Shown here piece after piece: positions 12,849 to 25,994 of a stretch of DNA of 64,000 bases. A program made the translations under genes and the position numbers. How positions within the stretch are numbered: the first letter of the stretch is position 1; each line of letters starts with the position of its first letter. Location: assembly GCA_030390025.1 (NCBI GenBank), contig CM059436.1:30380001-30444000 (forward strand). The letters are read 5' to 3'. The notes under the pieces are model-generated. The model made no database searches and was not told where the DNA came from. It was given only the letters and a program-made list of their open reading frames with translations. This DNA comes from Squalus acanthias. Its lineage: Eukaryota.

Positions 12849-14462
12849 ATGGATAAAGTTGGAAAGATGTGGAGCAATTTAAAATACAGATGTCAGAACC
12901 TTTTTGTTAATGAAGGTGGAGGCCGAAGTGAAAATGACTTGAACTATCCGAGCTGTTCTGTTGGTAAAAACTCAAGTGTACATGTTAGTAATCTGCCTCA
13001 GCACGGTTTAAGAAGTCCAGTAAATAGACATGGAGCTATAGCATTGGTTACAGACACGTGTCTAAACACAGACCGAAGAAATGGAAACTGTGTTTCTGAC
13101 ATCCCAGAGATTGTTGAAGCTGATTTAGATAAAGAGAACGAAAATTTGGCTGCTGCACCAGAGTCTCATCTTGTTCGAAGAGACTCTTACTCCCGCCATG
13201 CTCCATGGGGTGGGAAGAAGAAACACTCTTGCTCTACAAAAACGCAAATGTCGTTTGAAACAGATAAACGCTTTAGTAGGACACGGTCTGGGCTACAGAG
13301 ACGGGAAAGACGATATGGTGTAAGTTCCATACATGATATGGATAATTTGTCTAATCGGACTATGACACGGCCGTCTATGCGCCAGCGTTTCCAAGAAACA
13401 GTAGGACTATGTTTTCCATTACGAACACATAATAAACAGTCAAAGAGCTTATTCTCAAGCAGGAGAAAAATTTTACTCTCTGAACTGATGCTTGAAAAAT
13501 GTCCCTTTCCAGCTGGGTCAGACCTAGCCCAGAAATGGCATCTTATTAAGCAACACACTGCTCCTGTGAGCTCGCAGTCAGCTTGCTGGCTTGAGACATT
13601 TGATCCTACTTTTGTTTCGACAGAAGACGAAGAAGATCGACTTCGGGAAAGAAGGCGACTCAGCATTGAAGAAGGGGTTGATCCTCCTCCCAATGCCCTG
13701 ATACACACTTTCGAAGCCACTGCACAAATTAATCAAACATACAAGCTGGGACCAAAGTTAGCACCTGGGATGAGTGAGCTCTCTGGTGACAATCGTGCAA
13801 TGACAAATGGAGACTGGGACTCCGAAGAGGACACAACGACTCTCTGTCTCCAGGCACGCAGGCAGAAACCGCGGCAGGTGCCAGGAGAAAACCTCGGTCA
13901 CTCTGCCAGACCTGGGCCCTGGAAAGTGCACACGCAAATTGATTACATTCATTGCCTGGTGCCAGACTTGCTTCAGATTACAAGTAACCCTTGTTACTGG
14001 GGAGTGATGGACCGTTACGAAGCTGAGGCTCTCCTTGATGGCAAGCCTGAAGGCACCTTTTTACTCAGGGACTCCGCGCAAGAGGACTATCTGTTCTCCG
14101 TGAGCTTCCGCCGTTATAACCGCTCCTTGCACGCCAGGATCGAACAGTGGAATCATAATTTTAGTTTTGATGCCCATGACCCCTGTGTTTTTCACTCCTC
14201 CACAGTAACAGGCCTTCTGGAACATTATAAGGATCCCAGCTCGTGCATGTTTTTTGAACCTTTGCTTACTGTTCCACTGACCAGGACACTTCCTTTCAGC
14301 CTGCAGTACATCTGCCGTGCAGCCATCTGCAGCTGTACAACATATGATGGAATAGATGCACTTCCACTGCCCCCGCCTCTACAAGAGTATCTGAAAGAGT
14401 ACCACTACAAACAGAAAGTAAGGGTGCGATGGTTAGAACGAGAACCAGCAAAGGTCAAATGA
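12849..14462 (+). CDS. SOCS5: Suppressor of cytokine signaling 5 (537 aa; JAK-interaction region, SH2 domain, SOCS box), single coding exon
   Basis: N-terminus [19 protein letters not shown]; [32 protein letters not shown]; SH2 [28 protein letters not shown]; SOCS box [12 protein letters not shown]...[14 protein letters not shown]; C-terminus [14 protein letters not shown]. All match recalled vertebrate SOCS5. Confidence 0.98.
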   Translation: MDKVGKMWSNLKYRCQNLFVNEGGGRSENDLNYPSCSVGKNSSVHVSNLPQHGLRSPVNRHGAIALVTDTCLNTDRRNGNCVSDIPEIVEADLDKENENLAAAPESHLVRRDSYSRHAPWGGKKKHSCSTKTQMSFETDKRFSRTRSGLQRRERRYGVSSIHDMDNLSNRTMTRPSMRQRFQETVGLCFPLRTHNKQSKSLFSSRRKILLSELMLEKCPFPAGSDLAQKWHLIKQHTAPVSSQSACWLETFDPTFVSTEDEEDRLRERRRLSIEEGVDPPPNALIHTFEATAQINQTYKLGPKLAPGMSELSGDNRAMTNGDWDSEEDTTTLCLQARRQKPRQVPGENLGHSARPGPWKVHTQIDYIHCLVPDLLQITSNPCYWGVMDRYEAEALLDGKPEGTFLLRDSAQEDYLFSVSFRRYNRSLHARIEQWNHNFSFDAHDPCVFHSSTVTGLLEHYKDPSSCMFFEPLLTVPLTRTLPFSLQYICRAAICSCTTYDGIDALPLPPPLQEYLKEYHYKQKVRVRWLEREPAKVK

Positions 14463-15519
14463 GGATTGCACCCAACAGTCCTTGGCTCTTTTTTAATTGC
14501 TGACTCTCCAGGCACATGGGACATTGTGATAGTTGCAAATTTATTCAGAAAGAATGAATTCTTTCTGAATTATTCAAGGCTTGAATTGACTTACAATGTG
14601 TGGTTTCTCTTTTTGCAGCTTCCTTTTCAGGTACTTGAGCACTTCGTGGTGTCTGTGATTTTCAGTGGATACTGCAGGTCCATCTACAGATTAACGTGCA
14701 TGTATTTATTATGTTGCCGTTTAGGGATTTGCTAGGTATTGTCATTGTCTGTGTGCAGGGTATGGTCAAAAAGGAATAATTAATTTAGGGCAACTATGGA
14801 GCTCTGTAGGATTGATGCAGAAGCTGTACATAGTGTGCACATTTACGGTAGAATTTTGGAAATCATGTGGTGGAATTCAAATCAAATTTTAGTAAGAGAC
14901 CATCATTTTGGAGATTAAACACCACTTTTGTGTTGGATTACCATCCTGGCATTTAACCTGGATGATTTTGGCCTGACTAGAAGGATTTTTTTTTTGTTTG
15001 GATGTCTGCAAAGTAGTGTTCCTTTTTTTAAAAAAAAATAGTCGAGTGATTTCAAGATGGTGGTCGGGTGCCACTGACCCTGGAGGTTACTGCCTTGAAA
15101 CCATTTCCAAGCAATAGCTTTTGGAGGGGATGGGGCAGCTTCCATTTTGTTCTTTCCTTAGTGGCAGGTGTCATGACCGACCTTGGCTAAGATGCTCCTT
15201 GCAGTTTTTGCACAACATCCTCCAGTGAAAAGTTAATGATTGACAATGACAGTGACCAACTATAGATTATCACTCAATGGATATTATTTTCTGATGAGTG
15301 CCATTTTGGTTGCCTAATATAAAATCTGTATTAACAGTATAGGAAATCCAATTATCTCCTTGTAATTGTATCTGAGATTGCAGCAGAGGATTCTGTAAAT
15401 TGAGTTTAGAAATCCAGATTAAAGCATACCAGTAGTTTTTAAACAAAGTCTGTGAGCAGGAATCCAGGCGAGCAATTGTGCAGTTGGAGTATAACTGTTT
15501 TGGCAATTAAAAGTGAGTA

Positions 15520-15730
15520 TAGGACCAGAGAACATACATTTAAACAAGTGACAAGTACATTTTAAAACTGATTAGGAAGAACTTCAATGCCCAAGGGTTA
15601 TGAATGTTTGGAATAATTTGCCAGATAAGGGAATAGATACAAGAATACGAGGGACTCCTAAAACTGCAGCTGGGTGCTATGTTAAGGTAGCGGAGGGGTG
15701 AGCTTCGATGGGCAGACTTCACTTATGTTT
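15520..15730 (+). mobile_element. old CR1 3' fragment
   Basis: GGACCAGAGAACATAC...ATTAGGAAGAACTTC...AGGGTTATGAATGTTTGGAATAATTTGCC resembles the CR1 ORF2 end (RNFFTQRVVNLWN). Confidence 0.5.
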
Positions 15731-18154
15731 TGATTATAAGTAGGAAATTGGATGCCCAGGTAACTTTTCTATGGTTGCCGTTGCCCTATTCTAGCAGTAG
15801 TTTCTATGTTATTGATATGTTCTCTGTCTCAAAAGGCCACAATGTCAACAATATCACGACTAGTGTTTATTCAATTGAGGCATCACAGAACACAGGCTAA
15901 TGAATAATCTTTCTGCTCTCTTTTCCTGTGCAAGTGAATTTCCCCTCAAATATAGGCACTTAGTACCACTGTTGATAAATATGGGGCCACTTCCAAATAT
16001 ATGGTGGTCAGGGAGTAAGGTCAAGAATTGTTCATATTTTTATTAATTAGTTACATGGAATTTTAGGTGGCTAATGAAGACCGTACCATGTGTTTTGCAG
16101 TGAGTTTGATGCATTTTTAAAGTGACCGTTAGATTATTTGGGACCCAAGACCGGCCATAATTGGAATTTCAAACATGGACTAAGCATTTTAGTGTTTAAA
16201 AACATCTAGTGAAGGGACTGTGTGTCATTTAATTTTAACTTTATAAAGGTGAAAACTACAATGCTCACCACATATTGGTTGGCTTTTGTTTTGATTAGCC
16301 CACATTGTCACAACAGGGCCAGTTTCACTTTTATTTCAAATGATAATAGAATCACCCTGGAGAGTGTTTATACTTCCATGTTCTTTTCGGATTAAAACTT
16401 TTCTTAAAATAGCCAGTACTCAGAAGGATTTTTTAAAAAGTCTTTACGTAATAGTTCCAAAAAGAATTAACTGGCATTTCATAAACCTAGCCTTGTTTTT
16501 ATCATACAAATGAAATAGCTGCAACACTGACCAGAAGCTCAATAGTTGCTCTATAAAATGCTGAGAGATTCTCACCTGCTTTTTGCTAACATAGCCATGC
16601 TCAGCAGCTATTGCAATTTTGGCTGTGAGCAGCCCATTCCTGTCCAAGATTAGCTCATTTGGTCCTGCGTGTACTGCAGCTTGTATAACTAACATACCAG
16701 GCTCTGCTTCCTTCTGTGGCAAAGGAAAAAGCAACATTTAGCAGAGTTGTAGTAGAGAAAACGCACTCGAACAGTTATTTTGTTGAACCGGATTGTTTGT
16801 TTTGTATTCAAAATCTTAGATGTGCAACCAGGATTTTAGTTTTTAATTGTTTCAATGACTGCTTGAGACATCTGAAGGTGCCAATTTAAGCAATTCAATA
16901 TACACTGGAAACTTCAGATTCAGGGTTTCCAGGTCAAGTAAATAATATGTGAAATCAGTTTCAAAAACTAAACATCAATTGTTTTATTCCATATTTTAGT
17001 TTTCAATATTAATCTCCTTTGGCAAGGCTTGCTCTAATAGTACACTAGTATTTTTCTACTGTGTGCTGTGCAAGTATATCCTGGAAAATCCTCAACCAAC
17101 CTAATATCCTTTTATAAGAATTGCATGCTTATTTTTGTGATCTATTATCAACAAGTGCTGTGAAAGCTGAAATACAGCTTTATCGCATCAAAATACTTTC
17201 AAATTAGTTTCTTTCAACATCTAACTAAGCTATTCAGTAAACTTGTAAATACTCCTGTTCACATTTATTATAATCTGTTCTAATAGTTAGTGTAAAAGTC
17301 TAATTCTTGCCATACGTATGAACAGATCATGTAGATGGTTTAATGTCTTATTAAATGTGTAGAAGCTGCACATTTAAGCTGTAACCATTTGTATCACCAG
17401 CATAGTTAGCCTCCCAAAATTGTATATATCCAACTGCATCTGGTTTTTATTCATTTCTGTGCCTGCAGAAGATTATTAAACAAATCTGCCTAATAACCAT
17501 CTTTATGTTGTGCCCTAGTGATGCATATTCCAAATTATAGAATTGGTTCAACTGTGTAAATAATTGGTTCTCTTCAGAGTGTCTAATTGTTAATTGATGT
17601 AAGTCTCTGATCAACACTACTTGTTGCACCTAATTCACAACTTAAAGGTGCTTTTGAAAGCAATAATTTGTTTAAAGAACATGCCTGGCAGATGTTCTGT
17701 AATGATCCTGAAACTTGAAGCATTATATGCTATGTACTATTTTTCCAGCTAAAAGGAATCTGATTTGACAGATTCTCAATTTCTGGATGACCTTTTTACT
17801 CAGGTTATTGGGGGAGGTATGGGGACGAGAGTAGGGTCCAGAACCCTTATCTAGAATTAACAATTAACTTTTTTTCTCCCAAACTGTTTAAATATGGTCA
17901 GATTCTTGACTTTTAGGAAAAAAGATAAATCTGGAAGGAAGTTTTTGTACAGATCTTTCATCAACTGAGATATCAGCTGAAATAGAAATTTAAAATGAAA
18001 GCATTTTGGTTCTTATTTAAACCTCATGTACAAATAGGGTATTTGTCATCCAAAGAGGAAAATCAATGTAGGATATTGTTTTATTAAGTGAATTTTGCCC
18101 TTTGTGGTTAGAATAATCTCCTTAAGGTGCTGTACTTCAGATAAGTTAACTCAA

Positions 18155-18430
18155 GATGTGTGCCTGTTCAGATGGATATCACAGATTCTATGGCATTATT
18201 CAAAGAAGTGGGAATTCTCCTGGTGTCCTTACCATGTCTTCCTCATTCCATACCATCTGAACCAGATTAACTGCTCATTGATCTCCTGGGTGTTTGTGAA
18301 ATGGTGCTGATACAGAATGGCTGCAGTATTTGCCTGTGCATGTCACTGCACTTCAAGAAGCAATTCATTGCATAAATGCTTTGAGACATTTTGACATGAA
18401 AGGCATTATAAATACAAGTATTTACTTTTC
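18155..18430 (+). mobile_element. Deu-domain SINE fragment within the putative 3'UTR
   Basis: GCCTGTTCAGATGGAT...ATGGCATTATTCAAAGAAG...TTCTCCTGGTGTCC...TGCACTTCAAGAAG...ATAAATACAAG aligns with the 44855 copy. Confidence 0.6.
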
Positions 18431-21228
18431 ATCTGCAGTGTTCTTGTACCATTTCCACCAATCCTATCTTGAGTAGTGGTCTATTGGGGCCTGTGCCAGT
18501 TAAATCCCACTGTGGCTTCCAACTGGTGTATGTTCCTGACTTTAAAAAAAAATTAGGTAGTTGACAATGGATCTTTTCTAATAGACTCTTGACATGTCTT
18601 CTGTGCCTTCATTATTGCACAATTTTTCAGAGCTTGAAGCTCTTATTTTATATGAAAGTTGAACAAATGAGAGATAATTTGTTGACCTATCATAATTTAA
18701 GTAAGGGGTGTTTCCATATATTTAGCTTCACAGACTGAGCTCCCTCCCAGCTTGCTCCGTGTCCCTGCAAGGTCCTTTCACTATTTTATGTTTCAGTGCT
18801 CCTGTTACTTTTGCGTCTCCAAGCTGCTTGGCCCAGAGCAACAACTTGTATACATCATAGGGGGGTGGAGATGATGTGACCATCCAAGGCACAAATTTCT
18901 AATGACATTGTACCAATTGATTCTCCTAGTGGAATAATAGTGTCCTGTAGGTATATGGAAACTGAATTGCATTTGAACACTACAATGACTCCTGCTAAAA
19001 TTAGGCAAGATTATGCTCAACAAAGACTCAAACCTAATTTTCTACAGGAACTGATTTCAATAAATTCAAGTTGAGATTTTGGCCAAAACTGCATCTTGTA
19101 TCAATTAAATAGCTCTTTATGACCTAAAGGTAAACAATTCCTGTAAAATCAAAACAAAATTGTTCCAGTCTATGTTTTGCACTTTATTGTGTGTTTTACA
19201 TTAGACCATTTTACTAGCTGTTTTAAAGAGATTGTGTCCTATTTTGTTTGCTTATCTAGGTTTTATAAATGTATTTTATGGATTCTGAATCAAAATTAAT
19301 TCAGAAATTGATTTAATACAGTTGTATGGATCCAGAACTATGCTAATTTCCATGAAAATTTGCCTTCCTATTTGAATAAATTATGAAAATCTCAGTACCT
19401 CAAATTTTACAAAGGATTATAAAATGTTAATGGTAGTTTTCACGTTAGTGTAATTCTGTGATTTTAATATTACCTTGGGTGGTGGGGGCCAGGGAGGGCA
19501 GAGGGGAAGGAGGAGAATCTGGATTCAATATTGAGCTAACACACTAACCTTTCACCTCAATCAAGCCCAGAATAATTGGATGAAAATATATATCCTGCTT
19601 TTAATGACCTTTGTAAACTTAGAATTTGGGCAGTCTCCAACCCAGTTCCCAATGAACATTGGTCTACAGCACAAAGCAGCTCCTGAACTGGCATGCATAC
19701 ACTCTGGCCATAAGGATGGCTGGTGTGGGAATTGGAATTGTCACAGTTATGAATTTAACCCCCAGCAAAATATTACACCAGTGGTGCTTTCAATTCAATT
19801 TTTGTAACTTTCATCAGACACCTTAACTGAAGAACCTTTGGTCCTCATGCTATGTTGGTTCTTTTATGCTTGTGAAAGAAAAATGGCACAACTTACTGTC
19901 TTTGGTGCCATTTCTCCTGAACTGTGTTAAAGTCTGCTGTATATGGACTATCAAAATGAATGCTGTCTCTTTCAGTGCCAGTAGGTGGGGAGAAAATGTT
20001 GTCTTACAGCTTTCATCCCTTTTTTGTGTGCTGTGGACTAGTTTCCTTAGTGGATTCTAAAGCACTTTGCACGATTTCTAAACCTATATAAATATTGGGT
20101 TCATTGTTTATTCCTTGGTTTATTTTTCTTCTGGACAACCTGATGATGAACAGACTGTAGAGATTCTGAAGACGCAAGCTAGAACATTGATTTCATTGTT
20201 TTTAAGAGGAGGAACCAAAGCTTAGTGGAGAAGGTTCTAATCTCTGAATTTTTTAAGACTTATCTAAAAATAAAATATTGCACCACACATTTGAGCAGCA
20301 ATACATGGCTCGACTCATGGTGTTTAAGCTTGTAGCAAACTGTTCACGTATTTAGTTTGTTTAAGAAATTGAAAGCTGGATCATCTTTCTAATGTGCTTT
20401 ATTTTTGGAAGACCATTTTTGAGCAAGATGGTAAAAAGGTCCATTTGTTATAGCAATTGACACTTAACATATGTAGTACATTCATGGTTTTGGCCTCTTT
20501 CTGTTTTATGATTGTTGGATACACTTTTTTTCCAGAATGTTAGTTTTTTTTTAAATGTTAAAAGAAAATGTAGAGTTTTTTTTTGTGTGGACACTATGAC
20601 TTGTGGCATGGGAACCCATATTATATGGTAGTATACCTGGTCACTTATTTCTAAGTGTGCTTTATATTGTATTGAAGTTCTTTGAATGTGCTGTCAAACA
20701 GTATTTTTGCAGCTTAGCTGAAAGCAATTATTTGCATATATGTTCTTCAACCCCTCAAACAAATAAATTTGTGCACTTTGAGATTTTTAAAAATCTACTT
20801 TTGCGGGGGAAGTGTGTGCGTGCCTATTGGCATATCAAATGCTTTGATGTAAGCTAATTGCTATAGGTATGTAAAGTAATTAATGCTTTGTTTATAACCA
20901 AATGTTAGTGCTTCTGAATTTTAAAAGCCTGGCTACATTTGTTTTTCTGAGATCCAGCTTTTAGCTATGTGGCCAATATTTATTGTAATATGTATTCTGT
21001 TATACTCTTAACAAGTAAATGCCTGTTTAGGGTATTGTTTACGTTGCATATAAAAATAATCTCTGATTCTGTTAGCTGTAAATTAATGCTCATTCTGACA
21101 TGTACAATACAATTTAGTTGTAGCATCTGTCTCTTCACTTTGCTATAGTATTGCAACTACCCTTCTCTTACTTTCCACCCTGCAGGCTTCCTTGGTGTCC
21201 TCACTCCGGCTTCATTGTCTTAATATGG

Positions 21229-21234
21229 AATAAA
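21229..21234 (+). terminator. SOCS5: candidate distal poly(A) signal of SOCS5
   Basis: AATAAA followed about 25-50 nt later by GTATTTGTGCTTTTTTT. Confidence 0.5.
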
Positions 21235-22435
21235 GACTACACACACACTAAATGCCTTCGTATTTGTGCTTTTTTTCCCCCCTTTTGATCAGTGTATAGT
21301 ATCAAAACTAGAGTGTTTTTTCTGTATTAAGAGTTGCATCGTTAAATCCAGGGAAATTTTGCAAATCCAGTTTCTGATTTTTGTTTCATGCTAGCTGAAA
21401 ATTTTTAACCAAATAAAGGTAGTAAACCATGCAATTTACATCATCTTGTAATTGCTTAACCTGAGCACAGAATCCCTAATTCTGCATTCTTTGCACACAG
21501 CATGTTTATAGCTTAGCTTGATCAGTCGAGCGTGCGCACATGCATATACGTCATTGCGATGTTGCAAATAGGCAGTGCTTTATCATGTACTCTTGTGTCG
21601 CGTAAAGCCTCTGACCTCGTGCTATATTTCTCAGGTAAAGATTCTGCTCCTCGTGTTGGATGTTTCATAAAGTTTGGAACAAAGTTATCTTCCTCTACAT
21701 TGGCAAGCTTGGGCAGCCAGATTATCAAGCGGTTTGTTCTGCACTGTTTGGTTTATTCTGGTTTTTCTTTTTCAGATTTACCAGCAGCCTCCATGTCAAG
21801 GCCAGTCGACATGAGGTGATGAGAATCTAGAAAATATGTGGTCATGTGAGAAGTATAGCTGCGGTCCCTATAGACTATCGCTCCAATCTGGTTTCCACTT
21901 CAGGTATTCCATAGTCTCCCAAACTATACCCCAATTTCTAAAATAGGAGAAATTGAATATGTTCATACTATTCAGGCAGTGTGCCCAGGGGGGGTTAGCG
22001 AGCTACCATCAAACTAAAAGCTTCATACTGCATATGGGAATGCTGCTGGATGTTTCTCCAGTTTCGAGGGGGAAAGTCGTCAGTATAAGGTACTCCTTTT
22101 TTGGCATCTAAATACACCTAGGATTCTTACAGACTTGTGCATCTCGGAATGCAACTTCTACGTGCCTATCCATACCTAGATGATTGGCTCTGATTCGTAC
22201 CTTTTTAATTTGTCTTTAATTTCTTCCTGCATTTCCTTTCCATTGTTTTGCAGTCAGTAATGTTACTCCCCAGTTGTGTGTTCAATTCCCTAGCTGTTCC
22301 ACAGCTCAAGCTAAAGGACCACCTTTCTTTAACTTCTTGTAGTGCCATGTTTCCAATTAATGCCCCTTTCCCTCTTTTAAAAAAAAAATGCACAAGTCTA
22401 TTGTGAATCCTGACCCAGTTGTACCACTTTCAATT

Positions 22436-24262
22436 AAGAACATAACCAGAAATAGGAGCTAGAGTAGGCCATTTGGCCCTTCGAGCCTGCTCCGCCACTC
22501 AACCAGATCATGGCTGATCTACTTCATCTCCACCTTCCCGCACTATCCCCATATCCCTTAATTCCCTTTGTTCCCAAAAATGTATCGACCTCTGTCTTGA
22601 ATATACTCAACAACTGAGCATCCACAGCTCTCTGGGGTAGCGAATTCCAAAGATTCACAACCCTTTGAGTGAAGAAATTTCTCCTCATTTCAGTCCTGAA
22701 TGGCCTACATCTTATTCTGTGACTGACCCGTGTTCTAGATTCCCCAGCTAGGGGAAACATTTTCCTAGCATTAACGTTGTCAAGCCCCTTAAGAATTTTA
22801 TGTTTCAATTAGATCACCTCTCATTCTTCTAAACTCTAGGGAATATAGGCCTAGTCTACTCAATCTCTCCTCATAGGGCAATCCCCTCATCCCAGGAACT
22901 AGTCTAGTGAACCTTCGCTGCACTCCCTCTAAGGCAAGTATGTTTTTCCTTGGGTAAGGGGACCAGAACTGTACACAGTACTCCAGGTGTGGCCTCACCA
23001 ATACCCTGTATAATTGTAGTAAGACTTCTTTACTCTTATACTCTAATCCCTTTGTAACAAAACCAACATACCATTTGCTTTCCTAATTGCTTGCTGTACC
23101 TGCATGTTAACTTTCTGATTCATGTACAAGGACACCCAGGTCCCTCTGAGTGCAAACATTTCCCAGCCTCTCTCCATTTCAGAAAATATTCTGCTTTTTT
23201 GTTTTTCCTGCCAAAGTGGATAACTTCACACTTCCCTACATTGTATTCCATTTACCATGTTCTTGCCCACTCAGTCAACTTGTCTATATCTCTCTGCAGC
23301 CTCTTTGTATCCTCCTCACAGCTTACTTTCCCACCAAACTTTGTATCATCAGCAAACTTGGATACGTCACTCAGTCCCTTCATCTAAGTCATCAATATAG
23401 ATTGTAAATAGCTGAGGCTCAAGCACTGATCCTTGCGGTACCCTGCTAGTTACAGCCTGCCAACCTGAAAAAGTCCTGTTTATTCCTACTGTTTTCTGTC
23501 CATTAACCAATCCTCAATCCATGCTAATATATTACCCCTAATACCATGAGTCCTAATTTTGTGTAATAACCTCTTGTGTGGCACCTTTATTGAATGCTTT
23601 TTGAAAATCCAAATACACTACATCCACTGGTTCCCCCCCCCCCCCCCCCTCTTATCCATCCTGCTAGCTACATCTTCAAAAAACTACAGATTTGTCAAAC
23701 ACAATTTCCCTTTCATAAAACCATGTTGACTCTGCCTAATCATATTAGGATTTTCTAGATTCTAGCATTTTGCCTACCACTGATGTCAGGCTAACTGGCC
23801 TTTTTTTCTCTTCCTCCTTTCTTAAATAGCGGTAGAATGTTTGCTACCTTCCAATCCTTGGGGGCTGTTCTAGAATCTAGGGAATTCTGGAAGATTAATA
23901 CTAGTGCATCCACTATCTCTGCAGCTACCTCTTTTTTTTTTAATACCCTAGGATGCAGGTCGTCCGGTCCAGCGGATTTGCCGCCACTTAGTCCCATTAA
24001 TTTCTCCAGCACTATGTCTTTACTTATACTGATTTCTTTAAGTTCCTCATTCTCTCTAGACCCTTGGTTCCCCATTATTTCCAGAATGTTTTTTGTGTAT
24101 CTTCTACTGTGAATACAGATACAAAGTATTTGTTTAATGTCTCTGCTATTTCCTTTATTGCCAATTATAATTTCTCTTGTCTTTGCCTCTAATGTGCCCA
24201 CGTTTACTTTCACTAATCTCTTCCTATTTACATACCTATAGAAACGTTTGCAATCTGGCTCT
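22436..24262 (-). mobile_element. CR1 (HER1-like) LINE, 5'-truncated
   Basis: Minus-strand ORFs [25 protein letters not shown] and RRNFFTQRVVNLWNSLPQ; reverse-complemented tail at 22436-22520. Confidence 0.92.
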
Positions 24263-24404
24263 TGATACAATGTCAGTTTCCTATTTTAATCAATGACTAG
24301 TGCCCAATTTCTGATTTCCCTTAATTTTAACTTTCCATATTATATTTGACTGCCTTTCCACCCCTTTTTTTGCTCCCTTGTTTATCTGTATTGTCCCCCC
24401 CCTC

Positions 24405-24830
24405 CTAATCTGCCGTCATCACCCCCCTCAAAAACAACCCTTGACCCCTCCGTCCTTGCAAGCTATCACCCTATCTCCAACCTCCCTTTCCCCTCAAATC
24501 CTTGAATGCGTTGTCACCTCCCAAATCTATGCCCACCTTTCCCAGAACTCCTTGTTTGAATCCCTCCAATCAGGTAACGGCCACCCGCCACACTACCAAA
24601 ACGGCTTTTACCAAGGTCACAAGTGACATCCTAATTGACTACGACAAAGGTAAACTATCCCTTCTCGTCCTGCCGATCTCTCTGCAGCCTTTGACACGTT
24701 GACCACACAATTCTGCTCCAACGCCTCTCCACCGTTGTCCAGCTAGGTGGGACTGCACTCACCTGGTTCCATTGCTATCTTTCCAGCCGTAACTATAGAA
24801 TCACCTTCAATGGCTTCTCTTCCCGCTCCA
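24405..24830 (+). mobile_element. L2-clade LINE RT fragment
   Basis: Reads across frameshifts as LDPSVLASYHPISNLPF...QIYAHLSQNSLFESLQSG...TAFTKVTSDIL...LSAAFD(T)VDH, typical L2 RT. Confidence 0.75.
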
Positions 24831-25064
24831 TGGGATTGGAATAGTGAGGGAGAGGAAGGCAAGTGGGTGTGAGATTTTGCACCTGCTCCATTTTGTTCCT
24901 TATCCTGGCATGTTGGCAACAACAAAATATTTGGGACTCCATTATGGTTATAGAAGAAACTCTATTACTTTCACGGTCTATTCGCACACTGTTCCTGTAC
25001 TTAACTTTCTTTCCCTTGGCTAGCCACGTGCTCCACTGCACCTGGGGGGTTTCCTGAACTGATT

Positions 25065-25283
25065 ACTGAGACAAGTGTCTGCCTCTGGGTCAGAAGGTTA
25101 TAGGTTCAGGCTGCAATCCAGAGCCTTTAACATGTCAAGGCTAACACATCAGTGTAATACTGAGGGAGTGCTGCACCAGCAGAGATACTACCGTTCACAT
25201 GAGACATTAAACTAAGGACCTGTCTGACTCCTCGGGTGGATGTAAATTGATGCAGCGTTTCCCTACATTACAACAGTGACTAC
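25065..25283 (+). mobile_element. Deu-domain SINE, 5' part (split by CR1; 3' part at 28008-28097)
   Basis: tRNA-like head GCCTCTGGGTCAGAAGGTTATAGGTTCAGG. It breaks at CAACAGTGACTAC and resumes as TGACTGCACCTCAAAAGTGCTTAATTGACTG, continuous with the intact copy at 45125-45165. Confidence 0.7.
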
Positions 25284-25957
25284 CTGACTAATTGAATTTT
25301 TTTTGATGAAGTAACAGAGAAGGTTGATTAAGGGAATGCAGTGGATGTTTTCTATATGGATGTTAAAGCGTTTGACAAAGTACCACATAAAAGGCTGGTT
25401 AACAAAGTTGAGGCTCGTGGAATAGGCAGGTCAGTGTCAGCTTGGATAAGGAATTGGCTTAAGGACAGAAAACAGCGAGTTGTGGTAAATGGTTGTTTTT
25501 CAGGCTGGAGGATGGTAGACAGTGGTGTTCCCCAAGGGTCAGTGTTAGGACCACTGCTTTTTTATATATGTAAATGACTGATATTGGAATACAGAGTACA
25601 ATTTCAAAATTTGCCAATGACACCAATCTTGGAGGTGTGGCAAACAGTGAGGATGATACCAATCAACTGCAACAGGACATAGATAGGCTAGCAGAATGGG
25701 CAGACAAGTGGCAGATGGAATTTAATAGAGAAGTGTGAGGTGATGCATTTTGGCAGAAGGGATAGGGAGAGGCAATATGGCACAATTCTAAACCGTGTGC
25801 AGGGACAGAGGGACCTGGGCGTTCATGTGCATAGATCTTTGAAAGTGGCAGGACATATCGAGAGAGTAGTTAGCAAAGCATATGGGATCTTGGGCTTCAT
25901 AAATAGATGTGAGAAGTCGCACAAAACCAGGTTATAGTCCAACAGTTTTATTTGAAA

Positions 25958-25994
25958 TCACAAGCTTTCGGAGCGCTGCTTCTTCGTCAAGTGA
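25958..25994 (-). ncRNA. minimal hammerhead ribozyme, mutated copy (left PLE arm)
   Basis: Reverse strand reads UCAC-UUGACGA-A-GAAGC-AGC-GCUCC-GAAAGCUU-GUGA: a C3U core change and one stem II mismatch relative to the right copy. Confidence 0.65.

Larger units (their letters stand above)
14463..21255 (+). other. SOCS5: putative long SOCS5 3'UTR (up to ~6.8 kb)
   Basis: AT/U-rich, almost free of young repeats, miRNA seed matches at 19.1-20.8 kb, and AATAAA at 21229 followed by a GU/U-rich tract. Upstream AATAAA sites (e.g. 19059, 19375, 20762) could give shorter isoforms. Confidence 0.5.

Noticed and set aside
13187-13720. 177-aa antisense ORF within SOCS5
   Set aside because: No recognisable domain; the expected shadow of a conserved coding strand.
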